Of a DNA stretch of 64,000 nt, positions 1 through 9,038 are shown one piece after another. Every line of letters starts with the position of its first letter. Positions within the stretch are counted from its first letter, which is position 1. The notes under the pieces are model-generated. The model was not told where the DNA came from. It did no database searches and saw nothing but the letters and a program-made list of their open reading frames with translations. The DNA is from an uncultured Methylococcales bacterium (lineage in GTDB: Bacteria; Pseudomonadota; Gammaproteobacteria; Methylococcales; Methylomonadaceae), in assembly GCA_963981505.1 (NCBI GenBank), contig CAXCEI010000003.1:8373-72372 (forward strand). The letters are read 5' to 3'. Both the position numbers and the translations under genes were made by a program.

Positions 1-888
1 GGATTCGGCGCGCATTTCACCCCCAGAAGCAGACATGACGGATAAGGCCTCTTTACAACGATTAATCTGAGCAAGAATAATCTGCATTTTTTCATAGAGT
101 TCAGGGGTGTGTCGTTGTTGGTATTCTTGTTCAATTTCATGGGCAATGATTGCCATAGTTCCTAAAGGCGTTCCCATGTCATGAGCGGCACTGGCAGCCA
201 GTGTGCCTAAGGCAATAACGCGCTCATCACGCAGTGCATTTTCACGGGCTTCGGCGAGTTTTCGTTCGCGCTCACGCAGTGTTTTGGCCATGCTGACAAC
301 AAAATAAGCAACCAGGGAGGCGCTGAACAGAAAGCCAATCCACATGCCGAAAATATTAGTGCTAAAAAAAGCGACCTCATTTTCTAAAATGGGGTTAATT
401 GATTTAATGCCGTGCGGGTCAAAGGTAAAGGTTTGTTCGCCGATTTTAGGCAGCGGTATGTTGTAGGCAATCAGCAGTGTGTAAAGCGATGTTGTTAATA
501 ACATCATGTACCAGGTATAAATTTGCGGTAACGTTATCGCGGTGATAATCAGCGGGAGTAAGAATAACCAGATCATCGGGTTGGCTGCACCGCCAGTTAA
601 ATAAAGAATTAAAGCAATACTAATCACATCAATGGCTAAATGAGAAAAGATTTCTAATTCGGTCACAGGCGTGGCGTGGCGTAATCGAAACCAGGTATAG
701 GCGTTGAATGAGCCGATGGCAAAAATGATTAAGGATAATGACTTGTGCGGGATAGCCATATGTAGTGCAAAAACAGAAACAAAGACAGTAAATAAGGTGC
801 CCGTGATGACAAAATTGCGAATAATAAAGAGCCAATTCAGATTCTCACGAATTGAAACGGGGGACCGATCTAGGCGAAAATTGTGCAT
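1..888 (-). CDS. RegB/PrrB/RoxS-like redox-sensing histidine kinase, N-terminal 296 codons (3' end runs off the window)
   Basis: Absent from the ORF track because it is open at the window edge. My reverse-strand translation from the ATG (888..886) reads MHNFRLDRSPVSIRENLNWLFIIRNFVITG..., then several hydrophobic helices, then the H-box LGTLAASAAHDMGTPLGTMAIIAHEIE. It stays in frame with no stop down to position 1. The polytopic N-terminus plus this H-box resemble RegB-type kinases. Confidence 0.6.
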   Translation of the reverse strand, partial: MHNFRLDRSPVSIRENLNWLFIIRNFVITGTLFTVFVSVFALHMAIPHKSLSLIIFAIGSFNAYTWFRLRHATPVTELEIFSHLAIDVISIALILYLTGGAANPMIWLFLLPLIITAITLPQIYTWYMMLLTTSLYTLLIAYNIPLPKIGEQTFTFDPHGIKSINPILENEVAFFSTNIFGMWIGFLFSASLVAYFVVSMAKTLRERERKLAEARENALRDERVIALGTLAASAAHDMGTPLGTMAIIAHEIEQEYQQRHTPELYEKMQIILAQINRCKEALSVMSASGGEMRAES

Positions 889-1021
889 AGGCTTGATTTG
901 GGTTAGGGGTTATAGCGCTTTATAGTTAATTTAAGTGTGTTAATTGGCTGCTTTCTCTGGGGAAAATAGCACAGTTTCTTTTAAGCGAAAAGTTGTTTAA
1001 AAAAGAGAATGTTTTTTCCAT

Positions 1022-1645
1022 TTAATTTAACCTGACGTTTAGACCGCCTAAACTACAATAGCCGTGAGGATTTTTAGCTAAGTATTGTTGGTGCTTTTCT
1101 TCGGCGTAGTAAAAGGTCGGAGCGTGTGTTATTTCAGTCGTGATCGGTGCGCTGATGCCGGCTTGAGTGAGTTGGTGTTGGTAGCTTATTTTTGTATTTT
1201 CGGCTTGGCTTTGTTGCGCCTTATTGTGCGTAAAAATAACAGAGCGGTATTGTGTGCCAATATCGTTGCCTTGGCGCATCCCTTGAGTAGGGTTGTGGCT
1301 TTCCCAAAAAAGAGCCAATAATTGCTGATAGCTGATCAATGCAGGGTCAAAGATGATGCGAACCACTTCCGCGTGGCCGGTACGACCGGTACACAATTCA
1401 GCATAGTTTGGATTGGGTGTCAGGCCGCCGGCGTAGCCTACAGCTGTGGTGAAGATGCCGGGCTGTTGCCAGAATAACCGTTCTGCCCCCCAAAAACAGC
1501 CCAAGCCAAAAAGTGCAGTTTCTAAGGTCTTAGGAAACGGCGGTTTTAAGGCGTGACCGGTAATTATATGCGTGGCGTTAAGGGGCATTTCATGAGTCCG
1601 TCCTGAGGGTGCCGTCTGAGGGTCTTGCTTATCTATTGCTTTCAT
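1022..1645 (-). CDS. msrA: peptide-methionine (S)-S-oxide reductase
   Basis: 207 aa. It has the GCFWG active-site motif ([11 protein letters not shown]) and an MsrA-like sequence throughout. Confidence 0.93.
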   Translation of the reverse strand: MKAIDKQDPQTAPSGRTHEMPLNATHIITGHALKPPFPKTLETALFGLGCFWGAERLFWQQPGIFTTAVGYAGGLTPNPNYAELCTGRTGHAEVVRIIFDPALISYQQLLALFWESHNPTQGMRQGNDIGTQYRSVIFTHNKAQQSQAENTKISYQHQLTQAGISAPITTEITHAPTFYYAEEKHQQYLAKNPHGYCSLGGLNVRLN

Positions 1646-1712
1646 CGCTTAGTTCTTTGTGGTTACTTATGCTTTATAATAACAGTTTTGATAATGGCTA
1701 AATACTATTCAA

Positions 1713-2582
1713 ATGACAGATCAAGATACCTTACGCCGTTTTATTTTTGAGCAGGCAGGTGTACGCGGTGAATGGCTTAAATTAACTGACAGTTGGCAAG
1801 CGGTCAGTGATAATCATGCCTATCCGCCGGAGGTGAAAGAACAGTTGGGGCATGCGGTCGCGGCGGCTACGATGTTGGCAGCAACCATTAAATTTAACGG
1901 TGCACTGGTCCTACAAGCGCAAGGAGAGGGTCCTCTTAAAGCTGTTGTTGCGCAGTGTACACATGATCGCTGTATTCGTGGCTTGGCCCGGTATCGTGAG
2001 CCTGTGGTTGCCGGAGATCTCAGCCAATTGTATGGTTCAGGACGGTTGGTGCTCACGATTGAGACTGAGCGGAAGCAACCTTATCAAGGGATTGTCACCT
2101 TAGACGGTGATAATTTGGCACAGGCTTTGGAAAATTATTATCAGCAGTCCGAACAATTACCGACACGGCTGTGGTTGTTTGCTAATGAAACGACGGTCAG
2201 CGGTCTTTTTTTACAAGCATTACCGGAATCCTCAGGTTTTGGTTCTGATTGGGAACGTATTGTGATGTTAGCTGATACGATTAGCGCTGATGAATTACTT
2301 GATTTATCGTGTGAAGCCGTATTGCATCGCTTGTTTCATGAGGAAACGGTGCGGTTATTTCAGCCAGAATCGATACGGTTTAAATGCAGTTGTTCAAATG
2401 GAAAAATTGAGCGAACTTTAAAAAGTTTAGGGCGCATTGCGTTAGAGGAAATTTTAGAAGAGCGGGATGCTATTACCGTTGATTGTGAGTTCTGTAATCA
2501 GCAATACCGCTTTGACCGGGTTGATGTAGAACGTCTCTTAATCGCCGAGACTGATCTTGGAACTTCAAAAATCAGCCACTGA
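1713..2582 (+). CDS. hslO: Hsp33 redox-regulated chaperone
   Basis: 289 aa. The C-terminal zinc redox switch CxC...CxxC is present (FKCSCSNG ... DCEFCNQQY), as is typical of Hsp33. Confidence 0.9.
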   Translation: MTDQDTLRRFIFEQAGVRGEWLKLTDSWQAVSDNHAYPPEVKEQLGHAVAAATMLAATIKFNGALVLQAQGEGPLKAVVAQCTHDRCIRGLARYREPVVAGDLSQLYGSGRLVLTIETERKQPYQGIVTLDGDNLAQALENYYQQSEQLPTRLWLFANETTVSGLFLQALPESSGFGSDWERIVMLADTISADELLDLSCEAVLHRLFHEETVRLFQPESIRFKCSCSNGKIERTLKSLGRIALEEILEERDAITVDCEFCNQQYRFDRVDVERLLIAETDLGTSKISH

Positions 2583-3334
2583 TGCGTAGGCGTTTAATAC
2601 GATTGACGTTTAGAAGTCTGTTGGTTTCAGCATTGCTTAGTAGTTTGACGGGTTGTGTCTGGTGGCGGTTATATCAGGTGTATAACCAGATGGCTGAGTT
2701 TGATGAGCACTTTTCTGTACAGCACGATCAATCATTTACCTTATTCTTTAAAGACCCCGTTGTTTACAGTGAAGATTTTGTTTTTTTAGCCAAATTACAA
2801 CCGACTCAAAAGGGAGTCCATCAGGGCGTTCATCGGTGGGATTATTTTTTCCAAAAAGTCGATCAAAATAATCAGTCCGTCAATCCGCCTATTGCCTTTA
2901 CCTGGACCTTGTTTTTCAATGCTGACAATCGCCTTGAGGCCGCAGAATTATCACCGATTTTTTTAAAAATAGTGCCACCAGCCTTTCTCGAGGCTTCGAT
3001 TCGTTCGATTGCCGGGGCTGCTATTAATGCGACAGAGCGGCAATTAAAGGCGGACGTTGCTAAAATGGCTAAGATAACGGTGCCATTGCCGACGAAAAAC
3101 AGTATTTTAGCGGTACTGGGTGCCCCTATTGGCCGAGAAAAATCACCGGCGGGTGAGGTGTTGAGTTTCAGGTTTTTATTGGTCAGTCCTGATATTGAAC
3201 CGGGCTATGAATCACGGGCAATGTCTACGGTAAAGTTAACTTTTGACCCTAACACGGAACGGTTAAGCCGGATGTCTGGTCGTTATGCCGGTCTTAAAAT
3301 TGCTATTAATTATCAGAACTTAACCGCCTTATAA
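2582..3334 (+). CDS. hypothetical lipoprotein
   Basis: 250 aa. It has a signal peptide with lipobox LTGC (Cys25). Its start ATG overlaps the hslO stop (TGATG at 2580..2584). I recognise no family. Confidence 0.6.
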   Translation: MRRRLIRLTFRSLLVSALLSSLTGCVWWRLYQVYNQMAEFDEHFSVQHDQSFTLFFKDPVVYSEDFVFLAKLQPTQKGVHQGVHRWDYFFQKVDQNNQSVNPPIAFTWTLFFNADNRLEAAELSPIFLKIVPPAFLEASIRSIAGAAINATERQLKADVAKMAKITVPLPTKNSILAVLGAPIGREKSPAGEVLSFRFLLVSPDIEPGYESRAMSTVKLTFDPNTERLSRMSGRYAGLKIAINYQNLTAL

Positions 3335-3338
3335 GACT

Positions 3339-4100
3339 ATGTATCGTACCGTTGAACGAAAAGTCATTACCGAGATTGCACAAAAAGCAGGCGCTATTAC
3401 CTTGGCATGGTATCAAAAAGAAGTTTCAGTGGCGTATAAGCCGGATCAGTCGCCGGTGACAGCAGCAGATTTGGCGGCAAATCAGTTTATTTGTCAGGCT
3501 CTTGGCGAGGCGTATCCTGATATTCCGCTGTTATCGGAAGAAAATAAAACAATACCTTATTGCGAGCGCCGAGATTGGCAAACCTTTTTTTTGATTGACC
3601 CGATTGATGGCACTAAGGAGTTTATTAATCACAGCGATCAATTTACCGTTAATATCGCCTTGATTCATGGCGGTGTGCCTGTGCTTGGTGTGGTTTATGC
3701 ACCGGCGCTTAAAGAAATGTATTCTGCCTGTCAGGGACAAGGGGCTTTTAAAAATGATCGGCGATTGCCTTATCAGCAAAACGCCAACCCTGAGCAGTCC
3801 TTAACCGTTGTGGCCAGTAAAAACCACTTATCGGTCGAAACCGAGCACTTTATTCAAAGCCTGATGGACGGTACTGAAAAGGTCACGCTGAAGGCGATAG
3901 GCAGTTCCTTGAAATTATGTTTGGTTGCAACCGGTGAGGCGGATCTGTACCCACGTTTGAGCCCGACGATGGAGTGGGATACCGCTGCTGCACATGCCGT
4001 GGTATTGGCGGCGGGTAAGCAGGTCTTGCAATACGGAACCGATGAACCGTTAGTCTATAATAAGGCTGATTTATTAAACCCTTGGTTTATTGTGCAATAA
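3339..4100 (+). CDS. cysQ: 3'(2'),5'-bisphosphate nucleotidase (inositol monophosphatase family)
   Basis: 253 aa. Motifs SPVTAADLAAN, LLSEE, IDPIDGTKEF and FTVNIALI line up with E. coli CysQ. Confidence 0.85.
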   Translation: MYRTVERKVITEIAQKAGAITLAWYQKEVSVAYKPDQSPVTAADLAANQFICQALGEAYPDIPLLSEENKTIPYCERRDWQTFFLIDPIDGTKEFINHSDQFTVNIALIHGGVPVLGVVYAPALKEMYSACQGQGAFKNDRRLPYQQNANPEQSLTVVASKNHLSVETEHFIQSLMDGTEKVTLKAIGSSLKLCLVATGEADLYPRLSPTMEWDTAAAHAVVLAAGKQVLQYGTDEPLVYNKADLLNPWFIVQ

Positions 4101-4465
4101 CCGACTTGATTTTTCTTGAGCCTAGATCGATGTGCTAAGACCTAGACTACGGCTCTAATCACGTCGGCACTTTCTGGTTGACAGCAGGTAATCGTACAAT
4201 TTTCAGTACATTAACAGCATGAGCCAAGCGCTAAGACTCATTATTGCTACGAACACAGACCGGTAGACTATCCTTGTAGTGCCTCGCGCTAGGCGCGTAG
4301 CAATTTCGTCGTCATTTACCCCTCTTTATTGGGGCTGTAATGATTGTTGCTTAGTTCGTTCAGCAATTGTTCTTAAAAGAAAGATAAAGGTTGGCAGTCG
4401 GTTTAAATTAGCTAGGTGGTCGAGTTGTGATCGTGCAAAGGTCTCTTAGCAAAGTTGATTTGAGT

Positions 4466-5110
4466 TTAATGTTTTACAATTCCGAGTGTAGTGGCGATAT
4501 GACTCAGCTCAATTAAGGTTGGTGTACCTAGTTTTTTCTTGATTTGAGTGATGTAGTTAGCAACGGTTTTATAGCCTAAACATAATTCATCAGCTATTTT
4601 GTGAGTGGTGAACCCTTGAGCGGATAACCGGAATACGTCAAATTCCCGTGTTGAGAATTTTTGTACAATGGCTTCGGGGTTGTTTTCTGGTAATTGATTT
4701 TGGGCGCTATCGAGTAGTCCTTGTTCAATATAATTCTGGCCGTTATGAATACTTATTATGGCTTCCGATAATATTGTAGGGGCGCTGTTTTTGGTGATGT
4801 AACCTTTAGCACCTATATTTAAGGCCCGATTAATATATGCCGGTTCATCATGGAAACTAAAAACAAGAATAGCGATATTCTTGTTCCGCTGCACAAGTCG
4901 ACTAATGGTTTCTAGTCCGCCTATACCCGGCATGGATAAATCCAGCACAACAATATCTGGCAGGTGAGATTGATAAAGTTGAATGGCTTCTTCACCGCAA
5001 TTCGCCTCTGCAATAACATCGATATCAGGGGAGGTAGCTAATAAGAGTTTAAAACCTGCTCTAACTACAGTATGGTCATCAACGAGTAAAACTTTTATTT
5101 TATCGGTCAT
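4466..5110 (-). CDS. two-component response regulator, NarL/FixJ (LuxR-type HTH) family
   Basis: 214 aa. An N-terminal receiver domain (VLLVDDH..., DIVVLDLSMPG) is followed by a C-terminal LuxR-type HTH (FSTREFDVFRLSAQGFTTHKIADELCLGYKTVANYITQIKKKLG). It overlaps the upstream kinase gene by 4 nt. Confidence 0.88.
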   Translation of the reverse strand: MTDKIKVLLVDDHTVVRAGFKLLLATSPDIDVIAEANCGEEAIQLYQSHLPDIVVLDLSMPGIGGLETISRLVQRNKNIAILVFSFHDEPAYINRALNIGAKGYITKNSAPTILSEAIISIHNGQNYIEQGLLDSAQNQLPENNPEAIVQKFSTREFDVFRLSAQGFTTHKIADELCLGYKTVANYITQIKKKLGTPTLIELSHIATTLGIVKH

Positions 5111-6411
5111 GGTAGTGGAATTTGAGCCCTGATTTGTAGTCCATTATCTATTTTAGAGGATATTTGCAGGCTACCCTCTAATAGTTTTATTCTTTCTTTT
5201 ATGCCAAGTAACCCAAACCCAGAGGTAAGTTTATCAGACTCGCAACCACAGCCATTATCAGTGACTAATAATATGAGCTTGCCTGGGTTAATCTGAATTT
5301 TGACACTAACCTGGGTGGCCCGAGCATGTCGAATAGTATTAGTCAGGCTTTCCTGAATGATTCGGAAAACTTGCATGACTGTGTTGGGCGCTACTTGGTC
5401 TACGCTATCATCACAGTGTAGCGTAAATGCGATTGATGGGTTTATGGACTGCCATTGGTGCAGTAGGTCTTCTAATGTGGCTTTTAGTCCTAGTTCTGTT
5501 AATAGAGCAGGGTGTAATTGCTTCATCATTGAGCGAACAACAACGGTTAAGTGGTCACAAATGTTAACAATGGATGCGGTGACTTCTTGAATATCTGCTG
5601 TATCGTGTGTAGCTGAAATGGCCATCGCTTTGATGGCCGTTAATGATTGACCTAATTCATCATGTAATTCTTGAGATAAACGCTTTCTTTCTGATTCTTG
5701 AATCTCTAGTGAGTGTTGGGTTAATGCTTTGTTTTGATTTTCTGACGTCTCTAGTGCTTCAGTCATATGATTAATTGCTTTTGAAATGGTGTCATATTCT
5801 TGGGTAGAGAATGTCGGTAGTTTTTTGTGGTAGTTACCCGTTTCAATTATTTTCAGGTGCGTAATGATCGAATGGATTGAAATGATTGATTTATTAAATA
5901 CGAGTTGGGCAGAGAGGAGTGTTAATAATACCAGTACGATTATCACGCCAAAGAGAACAATACTTTCTTGCCATGCTTCAGCGACTTCATCCATTGGGTT
6001 GGCTTGAATGATTAAAATAAATTCAGTGTTATTGCTTAGGTCAACAGGGTATTCAACTTTTGGGTATTCACTAAGTACGAGGTTGGTGAACCACTCTGGC
6101 GGTGAGTTATTAAAGGTTGCTTTTTGGATGGGTTGAAGAGGGTCATTGAGTTTTTCGCCCAGTGAATTCTTGAGTTGAATATTTAAGTGTCTGGTTTGCT
6201 TTAATTGGCTTAATTGGAGTAGCCAATCTTTATGTCCGGATTTTTGAACGGCGGGAGTTGTTTTAATAAGTTGCAAAGCAAGGTTAATGGAGGAATCTAC
6301 TTCATTTTTTATGGATTGGCGTGCTTGCCAGATACTGATAGCAGCCCCTAAGAAAATAATACCCAATGAAATTAATAAGATCCTGATGCTGATTTGGTTG
6401 CGTAAGCTCAT
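5107..6411 (-). CDS. sensor histidine kinase: two TM helices, periplasmic domain, HAMP, HisKA_3, HATPase
   Basis: 434 aa. TM1 spans about aa 9-29, a periplasmic segment of about 120 aa contains PPEWF, and TM2 spans about aa 152-172. The HisKA_3 H-box is RKRLSQELHDELGQSLTAIK. The C-terminal ATPase has DNGCG and GFGLLGIKER motifs. This is the NarX/MoxY architectural class. Confidence 0.85.
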   Translation of the reverse strand: MSLRNQISIRILLISLGIIFLGAAISIWQARQSIKNEVDSSINLALQLIKTTPAVQKSGHKDWLLQLSQLKQTRHLNIQLKNSLGEKLNDPLQPIQKATFNNSPPEWFTNLVLSEYPKVEYPVDLSNNTEFILIIQANPMDEVAEAWQESIVLFGVIIVLVLLTLLSAQLVFNKSIISIHSIITHLKIIETGNYHKKLPTFSTQEYDTISKAINHMTEALETSENQNKALTQHSLEIQESERKRLSQELHDELGQSLTAIKAMAISATHDTADIQEVTASIVNICDHLTVVVRSMMKQLHPALLTELGLKATLEDLLHQWQSINPSIAFTLHCDDSVDQVAPNTVMQVFRIIQESLTNTIRHARATQVSVKIQINPGKLILLVTDNGCGCESDKLTSGFGLLGIKERIKLLEGSLQISSKIDNGLQIRAQIPLP

Positions 6412-6505
6412 CGGGAAAATTTCCTTTTTTGTAGCAGGTGCTAGACCGTGTTTATTAGAGTTGTTATCTTTGTGCGAAATTTGATGAATTTACACAGGAT
6501 ATAGT

Positions 6506-8869
6506 ATGAAAAAGGTTTTAGCTACCGCATTGTTTTTGATCTGCTGCCAATCTTTTGCGGCAGAAGATGTTGAAAGTTTGGCGGTTATAAAAGTCACGGC
6601 CTCACCGATTTTATCACATGGGATTGATGTCAATAAGGTGCCTGCGCATATCCAGTCGGTTACAGCCGAACAGTTAGAGGCTGCTCAGAGTTTGTCTTTG
6701 GCTGATTATATGAATCAGCATATGGGAAGTGTATTTGTTAATGAAACGCAAAATAACCCTTTACAGCCGGATGTTTATTATCGTGGATTCTCTGCCTCTC
6801 CGTTATTGGGGTTACCACAAGGATTGTCTGTTTACTTAAACGGTGTTCGTTTTAATGAACCTTTTGGTGATACGGTTAACTGGGATTTAATCCCCAGTAA
6901 TGCGATTGATTCGATGGCGTTGATGTCGGGTTCTAATCCGATTTATGGTCAAAATACTTTAGGGGGTGCGATCGCGGTTAAATCTAAAACGGGTTTTTCA
7001 TCGCCTAAGCATGAGATTGAAGTTTCAGGGGGGAGTTGGGATAGACACTCTGAAGAGTTAAGCAGTGGGGGTAATAATGGTGAATTTGGGTATTTTGTAG
7101 ATATTAAGAATTTTGGTGATTCTGGATGGCGTGACCATTCAAGAACGACAGCTAAACAGGGCTTAGGAACTTTAAGCTGGCGTAAGGATAGAGGCGAGTT
7201 AGATTTAACGTTAAGTGCTACGGACAATAAAATGATCGGTAACGGCGTGATTCCTATTCAACTGTTAAATGAATCTAATAAGGCTATTTATACCCATCCT
7301 GATCAAACGATTAATCGGTTATTCTTTAGCGAGTTGTCAGGTAAATTTGATTTAACAGAAGCTATAGAGCTTAGTGGTAATGCTTATTTTCGTCAGAATC
7401 GTAATAAGACCTTTAATGGCGATGATTCTGATTATACCGCTTGTGACGATGTTGATAGCCCTTTTGATGAGACTGTCTGTGACACGGCGGTTGGTGCGGG
7501 TAATTTAGCGACTACAGAGTATGATGATGGAGATCCTGATTATGAGAAGGTTTATGATTTAGACGGTAATCAGATTTCAGAAAACGTAGGCCATAGCGGT
7601 ACGATCAACACTTCCAAAACAATGCAAAGAAGTCGCGGTGGTGCTGTTCAAGCCGCTTTCGAGACTGCATTAGCAGAAGATATAGAGAATTTACTGACCG
7701 TAGGTTCGAGTTTCGATTACGCGGATATTAATTTTAGCCAAGATACGCAGCTGGCAACATTAACTGGGAATCGAGGTGTCAACGGTAATGGTACGTATGT
7801 CAGAGGGCAGCGCGTTCGATTAAAGGTTAACACTGAAACATACAGTGCTTTTTTAAGTGATTATCTGACATTACCTTATGGCGTAACGCTGTCAGCAGGC
7901 GGACGTTACAACCATACACGTATTGAAATGAATAACCAATATATCGTTGGAACGGATAAATTATCGGGAACCCATAATTACGAGCGCTTTAATCCAACCG
8001 TGGGCTTTACTTTTGATGCCCATCCTAATGCAACTTTGTACGGTAGTTATTCTGAGTCATCGAGAGCCCCTACACCCAGTGAGCTGACTTGTGCTGATGA
8101 AAATGATCCTTGTAAATTACCAAACGGTTTTGTTGCTGATCCTCCTTTAGATCAAGTGGTAACCAAGACTTGGGAAGGTGGGGTTCGTGGTGCCTTTGAT
8201 ATTGGAGACAGTAAAGGGGCTATTGATTGGAATTTAGGTTATTTTCATGCAGCCAATCATGATGATATTCAATTTATTGTGGAAGGCGACAGTACCACAG
8301 AAGGATATTTTAAAAATATTGGTCAGACCCGTCGTTATGGAGTTGAGGCTGGGTCACGTATTCAGTATCAGAGTTTATTTAGCTCAATGGATGATTGGCG
8401 TTTTTCAGCAAATTACACCTATCTCAGGGCGCAATATTTAGATAGCTACAGTATTCATGATCCAAGAGTATCAGGTGAGACGCTTGGGAAGGTTACCGTG
8501 GAACGGGGTGATCGTATGACGGGAATGCCTGAGCATATGTTAAAAGCTAATCTAGGTGTGACGTTATTAAGCGATTGGGATTTAGATATCGACGCTCAAT
8601 ACAGTGGGGATCAACGCTATCGCGGGGATGAAGCTAATGTTATGGATCGTTTAGGTGGCTATTGGATATTTAATTTTAGATCTAAATATCAAATCACAGA
8701 TAATATTTCTCTCTTTGGTAAGGTAAACAATATTTTTGGTCGAGAATATAAGACCTTTGGGGCTTTTGCTGATGCGGATGAGGTTTTGGGCGATGATTAC
8801 GATAATCGTCGATTTGTTTCTCCAGGTGCGCCTAGGGAAGCTTTCATCGGTGTTAAGCTAAGTTATTAG
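6506..8869 (+). CDS. TonB-dependent outer-membrane receptor
   Basis: 787 aa. It has a signal peptide (LICCQSFA/AED), a TonB-box-like LAVIKVTASP, plug motifs (YYRGF, LNGVRFNEPFGDTVNWDLIP), and a long beta-barrel ending in an aromatic residue (FIGVKLSY). Confidence 0.9.
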   Translation: MKKVLATALFLICCQSFAAEDVESLAVIKVTASPILSHGIDVNKVPAHIQSVTAEQLEAAQSLSLADYMNQHMGSVFVNETQNNPLQPDVYYRGFSASPLLGLPQGLSVYLNGVRFNEPFGDTVNWDLIPSNAIDSMALMSGSNPIYGQNTLGGAIAVKSKTGFSSPKHEIEVSGGSWDRHSEELSSGGNNGEFGYFVDIKNFGDSGWRDHSRTTAKQGLGTLSWRKDRGELDLTLSATDNKMIGNGVIPIQLLNESNKAIYTHPDQTINRLFFSELSGKFDLTEAIELSGNAYFRQNRNKTFNGDDSDYTACDDVDSPFDETVCDTAVGAGNLATTEYDDGDPDYEKVYDLDGNQISENVGHSGTINTSKTMQRSRGGAVQAAFETALAEDIENLLTVGSSFDYADINFSQDTQLATLTGNRGVNGNGTYVRGQRVRLKVNTETYSAFLSDYLTLPYGVTLSAGGRYNHTRIEMNNQYIVGTDKLSGTHNYERFNPTVGFTFDAHPNATLYGSYSESSRAPTPSELTCADENDPCKLPNGFVADPPLDQVVTKTWEGGVRGAFDIGDSKGAIDWNLGYFHAANHDDIQFIVEGDSTTEGYFKNIGQTRRYGVEAGSRIQYQSLFSSMDDWRFSANYTYLRAQYLDSYSIHDPRVSGETLGKVTVERGDRMTGMPEHMLKANLGVTLLSDWDLDIDAQYSGDQRYRGDEANVMDRLGGYWIFNFRSKYQITDNISLFGKVNNIFGREYKTFGAFADADEVLGDDYDNRRFVSPGAPREAFIGVKLSY

Positions 8870-9038
8870 TGGGTTGGATGAATGTTGATTAGGTGATTAA
8901 TGATTACAGATCAGCATTTAAGGAATATCAACATGGAATGGTTCGCGCTTCCTCGGCTCAGGTCTGTTTTATAGGTTATGGTTTTCTCCAGCTATAGAAC
9001 TGGCCTAGCGATGGCCTTTTCGTTGTGTTGCTATATGG

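Noticed and set aside
629-925. 68-aa minus-strand and 73-aa plus-strand ORFs near the window start
   Set aside because: They fall inside the longer edge-truncated reading frame (1..888, minus strand) that encodes the RegB-like kinase. They are in other frames or on the other strand.
6412-6505. Possible cobalamin or other riboswitch in front of the TonB-dependent receptor
   Set aside because: Only 94 bp separate the divergent start codons, which is too short for a B12 riboswitch plus promoters. No B12-box-like sequence is seen.
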